From a virus (lineage: Duplodnaviria > Heunggongvirae > Uroviricota > Caudoviricetes), in the IMG/VR virus record IMGVR_UViG_2663763282_000003, positions 1 to 4,330 of that record: 4,330 bases of DNA; one strand, 5' to 3'. Below, piece after piece: positions 1 through 4,330 of this stretch (position 1 is the stretch's first letter; the number at the start of each line of letters is the position of its first letter). The translations under genes and the position numbers were made by a program. The notes below the pieces were generated by a model. That model worked only from the letters and a program-made list of their open reading frames with translations, ran no database searches and was not told the origin of the DNA.

Positions 1-185
1 GAATATCTGCGGCAGCGGGCTTGTAATGGGTTAAGTGATAACAGATGTCTGGAAATATAGGGGCAAATCCAGATTGGATTTGCAACCTCAGGAAACAGCC
101 AACAGCAGCAAAGTAGCAATCATCAAAATCATCCTGAATACGACGATTCAATTCCCTTCTAAAGTAGCAACATAAGGATTCCATT

Positions 186-479
186 ATGCCAGCGCCTCTG
201 TATGGTGCGGATGCCCCGCGCCGCTGTTCCGGCAATTCCGTATCGGAGGTGCTGGATAAATTCAGAAAAAACTACGATCGGATAATGTCGCTACCGCAGG
301 AAACGAAAGAGGAAAAGGAATTTCGCCACTGTATATGGCTTGCAGAGAAAGAAGAACGCGAGCGAATTTACCAGACATCAATCCGACCATTCCGCAAAGC
401 CACATATACCCACTTCCCTGAAATTGACCCGCGCCTGCGTAATTACCGCTCACGCTATGGCGCTATCAGTAATGACTGA
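186..479 (+). CDS. hypothetical phage early-region protein (97 aa), function unknown
   Basis: ATG at 186 preceded by AAGGA at 174-178 (7-nt spacer); open frame to TGA 477-479; co-directional with the downstream operon. No family recognised from the translation. Confidence 0.55.
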   Translation: MPAPLYGADAPRRCSGNSVSEVLDKFRKNYDRIMSLPQETKEEKEFRHCIWLAEKEERERIYQTSIRPFRKATYTHFPEIDPRLRNYRSRYGAISND

Positions 480-489
480 GGAATTTACC

Positions 490-654
490 ATGAGAGGACT
501 TGCATACAACCCCGGCATTCTTCCGGCAGAAATGATTATTCGCCAACGCGTAAAGCCAATGCCATCGAGAGAGGAATTGCTTAAGAGAAATTCTTTTCCA
601 TCAGTGAATCAAAACAAGTATCTGAATGCGATGTTGCGGAGTGGGAAGAAATGA
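490..654 (+). CDS. small hypothetical protein (54 aa, basic), possibly translationally coupled
   Basis: ATG at 490 with GAGG at 478-481 (8-nt spacer); stop TGA 652-654 overlaps the ATG at 651 of the next gene (ATGA). It is the distal part of the 340..654 frame in the ORF track; the upstream part of that frame overlaps the better-supported 186-479 gene. Confidence 0.3.
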   Translation: MRGLAYNPGILPAEMIIRQRVKPMPSREELLKRNSFPSVNQNKYLNAMLRSGKK

Positions 655-1133
655 AACAAATGACACTAATTGAGATGGATGGTTTTCTGAAAGGTAAATG
701 CATCCCACGAGATTTAAAGGTTAACGAAACAAACGCTGAATATCTTGTGCGTAAGTTCGGTGAACTTGAATCAAAACTAGAAACGGCGTTGCGGGAGTGT
801 CGTTCTGCTGGAATCACGATTGATAACCTTGAGGCTAAATGCGCGAAGATGGCTGCTGAAAATACCTCACTTAAGCAATCTGAGAAGGAATTTAATGACT
901 TTTGTCGTGAGGAGTTTAGCGAATGGGAAGATGATGTTACTGAAACTCCAGCCACCGATGCTTTCCTGGCTGAAGTACGGGCGCAGGGGGTAGAGATGTA
1001 CGCAGATAACCTCGACAACGGAGCAGACGACGCAGAACGAGGTGGTTTTGATTATGCCGTTAAGTTTCTACGCAGTGAAGCATCTAGTGTACGTTTGTTC
1101 GCCGACCAGCTTCGCAAAGGAGGCAACCAGTGA
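651..1133 (+). CDS. hypothetical acidic coiled-coil protein (160 aa)
   Basis: ATG at 651 with GGAG at 638-641; stop TGA 1131-1133 overlaps the GTG start of the next gene (GTGA). Translation has a heptad-like central segment ([43 protein letters not shown]) and an acidic C-terminal half; hand count about 33 D/E versus 22 K/R. Confidence 0.6.
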   Translation: MKQMTLIEMDGFLKGKCIPRDLKVNETNAEYLVRKFGELESKLETALRECRSAGITIDNLEAKCAKMAAENTSLKQSEKEFNDFCREEFSEWEDDVTETPATDAFLAEVRAQGVEMYADNLDNGADDAERGGFDYAVKFLRSEASSVRLFADQLRKGGNQ

Positions 1134-2026
1134 GCAAGATTGACTATCAGGCACTGCGTGAGGCGGCAGAAAAAGCAACGTGTGGTGAGTGGTCGCTCGA
1201 ATATGGAGAGGGCCAATTTGATGGTGATGATGCGCTAATTCATCGTGACGTTGTTGGATATCTTCCCATTTGCAGAATTGAAGGAGCGCATCCTGAAAGC
1301 GGTTTCGATGAAGATTTCCAAATAGAACAGCAGGCCAATGCTGAATTCATCGCCGCAGCCAATCCAGCTACCGTCTTGGCGCTGCTGGATGAGCTGGAAA
1401 GAAACCAGCAATACATCAAACGCCGTGACCAGGAGAACGAGGAGATTGCGTTAACGGTAGGGAAGCTGCGTGTTGAGCTGGAAGGCAAAGACAAGCTGAT
1501 TGCAGAGCTTGGAAAACAATGCGCCGAATGGGAGCGAAAAGCATTAAGCAACTTTGAAGAGTGTGCTGCGATGGCTGAACGTATCGAAGAGTTGCAGACA
1601 AAATCTGCACCAGATTCGTTTGGCATCATCGGTGAAAATATTCGAACACAGGATAATCGAATAACGTCAGACCCTATGTTTTGTGTGTATCAAAAGCGCG
1701 AAATCGTTGTTGATGCTGATTATGACTATGACCGGATTGTCTGGGTTGATGAAGATGGCAATGAAGCCAATAAACGCCAAAGTCGTCGTCTCGAACTACT
1801 TCACGAAAACTTTCGAGAGCCACCAGAAAAATGGCGGCGCGTTGCTGTGAAAGATATTGATGAATTCGTTACCTGCTGTTTCACCGAACAGGGTTGTAAA
1901 GACTACCTGGCAGCCAATGGTCACAATCTTCGCTTGCCATTTATATATGTAAATGGCGGTTTCAGGAACGCTGAATATATCGGCATAAGAAACTGGCTTG
2001 CTGGCATTCGCATCAAAGGAGAGTGA
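1130..2026 (+). CDS. Ead/Ea22-like family protein (298 aa): conserved N-terminal module, central coiled coil, long C-terminal domain of unknown function
   Basis: GTG at 1130 preceded by a strong AGGAGG at 1118-1123 (6-nt spacer). N-terminus [21 protein letters not shown] resembles the conserved N-terminal signature of lambdoid Ead/Ea22 proteins as recalled from memory. Central region (about aa 85-150) is coiled-coil-like. Position upstream of an Ea8.5-like gene, xis and int mirrors the lambda ea22-ea8.5-xis-int order. Confidence 0.75.
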   Translation: MSKIDYQALREAAEKATCGEWSLEYGEGQFDGDDALIHRDVVGYLPICRIEGAHPESGFDEDFQIEQQANAEFIAAANPATVLALLDELERNQQYIKRRDQENEEIALTVGKLRVELEGKDKLIAELGKQCAEWERKALSNFEECAAMAERIEELQTKSAPDSFGIIGENIRTQDNRITSDPMFCVYQKREIVVDADYDYDRIVWVDEDGNEANKRQSRRLELLHENFREPPEKWRRVAVKDIDEFVTCCFTEQGCKDYLAANGHNLRLPFIYVNGGFRNAEYIGIRNWLAGIRIKGE

Positions 2027-2228
2027 GATGAGCAGGAATACGGGTTTGTAAAAGATAACGCTTGTGAAAATGCTGAATTTCGCGTCGTCTTCACAGCGAT
2101 GCCAGAGTCTGTAGTGTCAGATGATGACCGTACTCAAACATCGGGTTGAGTATTATCTTACTGTTTCTTTACATAAACATTGCTGATACCGTTTAGCTGA
2201 AACGACATACATTGCAAGGAGTTTATAA

Positions 2229-2510
2229 ATGAGTATCAATGAGTTAGAGTCTGAGCAAAAAGATTGGGCGTTATCAATGTTGTGCAGATCCGGTGTCTTG
2301 TCTCCATGCAGACATCACGAAGGTGTTTATGTAGATGAAGGTATAGATATAGAGTCGGCATACAAATATTCCATGAAGGTTTATAAGTCTAATGAAGACA
2401 AATCCCCATTCTGCAATGTGCGAGAAATGACTGATACCGTGCAAAATTATTATCATGAGTACGGTGGAAACGATACTTGCCCTCTCTGTACAAAACATAT
2501 AGATGATTAA
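2229..2510 (+). CDS. Ea8.5-like small cysteine/histidine-rich (putative zinc-binding) protein, 93 aa
   Basis: ATG at 2229 with AAGGAG at 2216-2221 (7-nt spacer); stop TAA 2508-2510 followed by a hairpin plus T-tract. Translation carries Cys at 19, 27, 62, 85, 88 (C-terminal CPLC) and His at 29, 30, 76, 90. Same length (93 aa) and same position relative to Ea22 and xis as lambda Ea8.5, as recalled. Visibly lower GC than flanking genes (about 38% versus 53% in 60-nt samples counted by hand). Confidence 0.6.
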   Translation: MSINELESEQKDWALSMLCRSGVLSPCRHHEGVYVDEGIDIESAYKYSMKVYKSNEDKSPFCNVREMTDTVQNYYHEYGGNDTCPLCTKHIDD

Positions 2511-2527
2511 ACCAAATATTACATAAC

Positions 2528-2557
2528 AATCCTCGCATTCGCGGGGATTTCTTTTAT
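2528..2557 (+). terminator. intrinsic (rho-independent) terminator-like hairpin after the Ea8.5-like gene
   Basis: 5' arm AATCCTCGC (2528-2536), loop ATTC (2537-2540), 3' arm GCGGGGATT (2541-2549): 9 bp with one G-U pair, followed by TCTTTTAT (2550-2557). Confidence 0.6.
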
Positions 2558-2598
2558 CTGAACTCGCTACGGAGGGTTTTGTTTTATGGAGATGATAA

Positions 2599-2766
2599 AT
2601 GCACTTCCGAGTTACAGGTGAATGGAATGGAGAACCATTCAACAGAGTTATCGAAGCCGAGAACATCAGCGACTGCTATGACCACTGGATGCTGTGGGCG
2701 CAGATAGCACATGCAGACGTAACCAATATTCGAATTGAAGAACTGAAAGAACACCAAGCCGCCTGA
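2599..2766 (+). CDS. small hypothetical protein (55 aa)
   Basis: ATG at 2599 with GGAG at 2588-2591 (7-nt spacer); open frame MHFRVTGEWNGEPFNRVIEAENISDCYDHWMLWAQIAHADVTNIRIEELKEHQAA to TGA 2764-2766. Below the length cutoff of the supplied ORF track. Stop codon lies in the loop of the next terminator hairpin. Confidence 0.4.
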   Translation: MHFRVTGEWNGEPFNRVIEAENISDCYDHWMLWAQIAHADVTNIRIEELKEHQAA

Positions 2767-2780
2767 TGGCGGTTTTTTAT
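2756..2780 (+). terminator. intrinsic terminator-like hairpin
   Basis: Stem CCGCC (2759-2763) / GGCGG (2768-2772), loop TGAT (2764-2767), extendable by flanking A-U and G-U pairs, followed by six T (2773-2778). Confidence 0.6.
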
Positions 2781-2792
2781 TGGAGACAAGAA

Positions 2793-3137
2793 ATGTCAGA
2801 TTTGGCTATGAAGGTTTTGAAATGGCAATCGACTGGCGATGTCGGCATCAGTAGCGCAACTCTTGCCTCAATCGCATGTGGACTGAAAAAGAATATCTAT
2901 GGTCATCACTTCGGCGCTCCACATGACGCAGCCGATTTCAGACGATGCGTTGCACTTGTTGAGCAGATCCCAGAAATCAGAGATTCATTCGACAAGGTTG
3001 CAAAGCGCGTTCCGGCATTCAAAGGCATCCTCAACGAATGGGATTCCCTCGTTGATCTGTTGAAGTCTGAAATGAAGATACACGGAAACAAAGCACCAGA
3101 GACTTACAGAAGAATTAGCGAGTTACGCAAGGACTAA
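2793..3137 (+). CDS. hypothetical protein (114 aa), function unknown, immediately upstream of xis
   Basis: ATG at 2793 with GGAGA at 2782-2786 (7-nt spacer). The in-frame ATG at 2766 used by the ORF track lies inside the upstream terminator hairpin and has no Shine-Dalgarno. Stop TAA 3135-3137. No family recognised. Confidence 0.6.
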   Translation: MSDLAMKVLKWQSTGDVGISSATLASIACGLKKNIYGHHFGAPHDAADFRRCVALVEQIPEIRDSFDKVAKRVPAFKGILNEWDSLVDLLKSEMKIHGNKAPETYRRISELRKD

Positions 3138-3142
3138 CCACA

Positions 3143-3161
3143 GCCTCATACTCGATGAGGC
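3143..3161 (+). terminator. possible weak terminator or RNA hairpin
   Basis: 7-bp stem GCCTCAT (3143-3149) / ATGAGGC (3155-3161), loop ACTCG; the downstream T-tract is poor (CTGTTCATT), so termination efficiency is doubtful. Confidence 0.3.
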
Positions 3162-3227
3162 CTGTTCATTGCTCAATGATATCCAGACCTACCGCAATAA
3201 TACCAATCCAATAAATGGAGATTCCAG

Positions 3228-3575
3228 GTGGAAGAAGAAATCTTCACTCGTGAAGAGGCAGCGTCGTATCTGAAGGTAGACAAAGGCACTATCACGCAGT
3301 GGATACGAAGTGGACGACTTCAGGCCGCAAAGATAAATCCAGATAAACCTAAAAGCCCATATCGCATTTGCAAGTCAGACTGCATTGCGGCGCTTAAGTC
3401 TGTGAGACACAATAGCGCGGTGAATGCGGTTGATGTGCAGGAGGTTAAAGCATGTCAATCAAACTACGCGGTGGCACGTGGCACTGCGATTTCGTCGCGC
3501 CAGATGGATCAAGAGTTAGACGCTCTCTTGAAACATCGGACAAAAGGCAAGCGCAAGAACTTCACGATCGTCTGA
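3228..3575 (+). CDS. xis: excisionase (Xis; P22-type excisionase/DNA-binding protein), 115 aa
   Basis: GTG at 3228 with GGAG at 3217-3220 (7-nt spacer). Small basic protein with an N-terminal HTH-like segment (FTREEAASYLKVDKGTITQWIRSGRLQAA). Sits directly upstream of and overlapping the integrase gene, as in P22-type int-xis modules. Confidence 0.75.
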   Translation: MEEEIFTREEAASYLKVDKGTITQWIRSGRLQAAKINPDKPKSPYRICKSDCIAALKSVRHNSAVNAVDVQEVKACQSNYAVARGTAISSRQMDQELDALLKHRTKGKRKNFTIV

Positions 3576-4330
3576 AAGCAGAAGCGTGGAGAGTAAAAAA
3601 TCTCGGGGAATCACCGAAAAAGCTATTCAAGGAAGCCTGCATACGGTGGCTGCGTGAGAAATCGGATAAGAAGTCCATTGATGATGACAAGAGCATTATA
3701 TCGTTCTGGATGTTGCACTTCAGAGAAGCCATTCTCTCTGACATAACAACAGAAAAAATAATGGAGGCGGTAGACGGGATGGAAAACCGCCGCCATCGCC
3801 TGAACTGGGAGATGAGCCGGGACAGGTGTTTGCGACTTGGCAATCCGGTGCCGGAGTATAAACCAAAGCTTGCAAGCAAAGGAACGAAGACGAGGCATCT
3901 GGCAATACTTCGCGCCATTCTCAATATGGCTGTTGAATGGGGATGGCTTGACAGGGCACCCAAAATATCAACACCACGCGTTAAGAATGGACGCATCAGA
4001 TGGCTTACAGAGGAGGAATCGAAGCGCCTGTTTGCAGAAATTGCTCCTCACTTCTTCCCTGTGGTCATGTTTGCAATCACGACAGGCCTTCGCCGTTCCA
4101 ACGTTACAGACCTTGAGTGGTCACAGGTCGATCTGGATAAGAAAATGGCATGGATGCACCCTGATGAAACAAAAGCTGGCAATGCGATCGGAGTTCCTCT
4201 TAACGAAACCGCATGCCAGATATTAAGAAAACAGCAGGGGCTCCATAAGAGATGGGTATTTGTCCACACCAAACCTGCCTACCGAAGCGACGGAACAAAA
4301 ACAGCAGCGGTAAGGAAGATGAGAACCGAC
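3452..4330 (+). CDS. int: phage tyrosine integrase (site-specific recombinase, P22-type), 3'-partial: N-terminal 293 codons in window
   Basis: ATG at 3452 preceded by AGGAGG at 3439-3444 (7-nt spacer). Frame stays open to the last base of the window (879 nt, no stop). Translation MSIKLRGGTWHCDFVAPDGSRVRRSLETSDKRQAQELHDRLKAEAWRV... has an arm-binding-type N-terminus and the box I motif region TTGLRRSN containing the first catalytic Arg. Downstream catalytic residues would lie beyond the window. Confidence 0.9.
   Translation, partial: MSIKLRGGTWHCDFVAPDGSRVRRSLETSDKRQAQELHDRLKAEAWRVKNLGESPKKLFKEACIRWLREKSDKKSIDDDKSIISFWMLHFREAILSDITTEKIMEAVDGMENRRHRLNWEMSRDRCLRLGNPVPEYKPKLASKGTKTRHLAILRAILNMAVEWGWLDRAPKISTPRVKNGRIRWLTEEESKRLFAEIAPHFFPVVMFAITTGLRRSNVTDLEWSQVDLDKKMAWMHPDETKAGNAIGVPLNETACQILRKQQGLHKRWVFVHTKPAYRSDGTKTAAVRKMRTD

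Noticed and set aside
35-175. Possible 46-codon GTG-initiated ORF, and a frame-1 ORF running in from the 5' edge and stopping at 58-60
   Set aside because: No convincing Shine-Dalgarno, very short, no recognisable product. The 1-60 frame could be the last 19 codons of an upstream gene but cannot be judged from this window.
262-453. 63-aa minus-strand ORF
   Set aside because: Lies entirely inside and antisense to the 186-479 gene; no supporting signals.
340-654. 104-aa + strand ORF in an alternate frame
   Set aside because: Its 5' two-thirds overlap the 186-479 gene out of frame. Only the distal part (490-654), which has its own RBS and fills the gap to the next gene, was kept, at low confidence.
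581-1018. 145-aa ORF on the minus strand
   Set aside because: Antisense to the better-supported + strand gene 651-1133; translation is Ser-rich low complexity; no Shine-Dalgarno noted. Typical shadow ORF.
1240-1629. 129-aa and 64-aa minus-strand ORFs (1240-1629, 1416-1610)
   Set aside because: Antisense to the Ea22-like gene; Ser/Ala-rich low-complexity translations; considered shadow ORFs.
2100-2228. Sigma-70 promoter for the Ea8.5-like gene in the AT-rich intergenic region
   Set aside because: Candidate hexamers (TTGAGT 2146-2151, TTTACA 2168-2173, TATTAT 2151-2156, TACATT 2208-2213) do not pair with acceptable 16-18 bp spacing, so I do not call a promoter. The gene may be read through from upstream.
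2274-2666. 130-aa minus-strand ORF
   Set aside because: Runs antisense through the Ea8.5-like gene, the terminator hairpin and the small-ORF start; translation is hydrophobic and featureless (I/F/L rich from AT-rich antisense). The + strand genes have proper Shine-Dalgarno sequences and terminators.
2766-2792. Upstream ATG (2766) as start of the 2766..3137 ORF
   Set aside because: This ATG sits inside the terminator hairpin and lacks a Shine-Dalgarno; the in-frame ATG at 2793 has GGAGA with ideal spacing.
2906-3091. 61-aa minus-strand ORF
   Set aside because: Antisense, inside the 114-aa gene; no signals.
4032-4044. TTGC-N5-TTGC resembling a CII-type activator site
   Set aside because: Spacing is N5, not the N6 of lambda CII sites, and it lies deep inside the int coding region downstream of the int start, so it is not a plausible pI-type promoter element.
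3562-4272. Minus-strand ORFs (3562-3996, 3623-3898, 3720-3905, 4048-4272) and + strand ORF 3837-4226
   Set aside because: All lie within the integrase gene, antisense or out of frame, while the int frame is open over the whole region with a clear family signature.
1-4330. CRISPR array, tandem repeats, tRNA or att core, IS inverted repeats
   Set aside because: No repeated spacer-repeat periodicity, no tRNA-like cloverleaf candidates and no terminal inverted repeats were seen by eye. The att site is expected downstream of int, outside the window.

Overview
All supported genes in this 4,330-bp window lie on the + strand and read like the integrase-proximal end of a lambdoid (P22/lambda-type mosaic) prophage arm from an enterobacterial host: accessory 'ea'-type genes, then an excisionase, then a tyrosine integrase that runs off the 3' edge. 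In order: a tightly coupled cassette of three to four genes (186-2026) ending in an Ead/Ea22-like protein; an AT-rich block (about 2027-2800) carrying a 93-aa cysteine/histidine-rich protein that resembles lambda Ea8.5 and a 55-aa ORF, each followed by an intrinsic-terminator-like hairpin; a 114-aa protein of unknown function; xis; and int with a 124-nt out-of-frame overlap into xis. No rRNA, tRNA, CRISPR array, IS element or att site was seen; the att site is expected beyond the 3' edge. The most promising place for undescribed biology is the cargo between the Ea22-like gene and xis, plus the long C-terminal domain of the Ea22-like protein. Family assignments rest on reading the translations and on recalled knowledge, not on any search.
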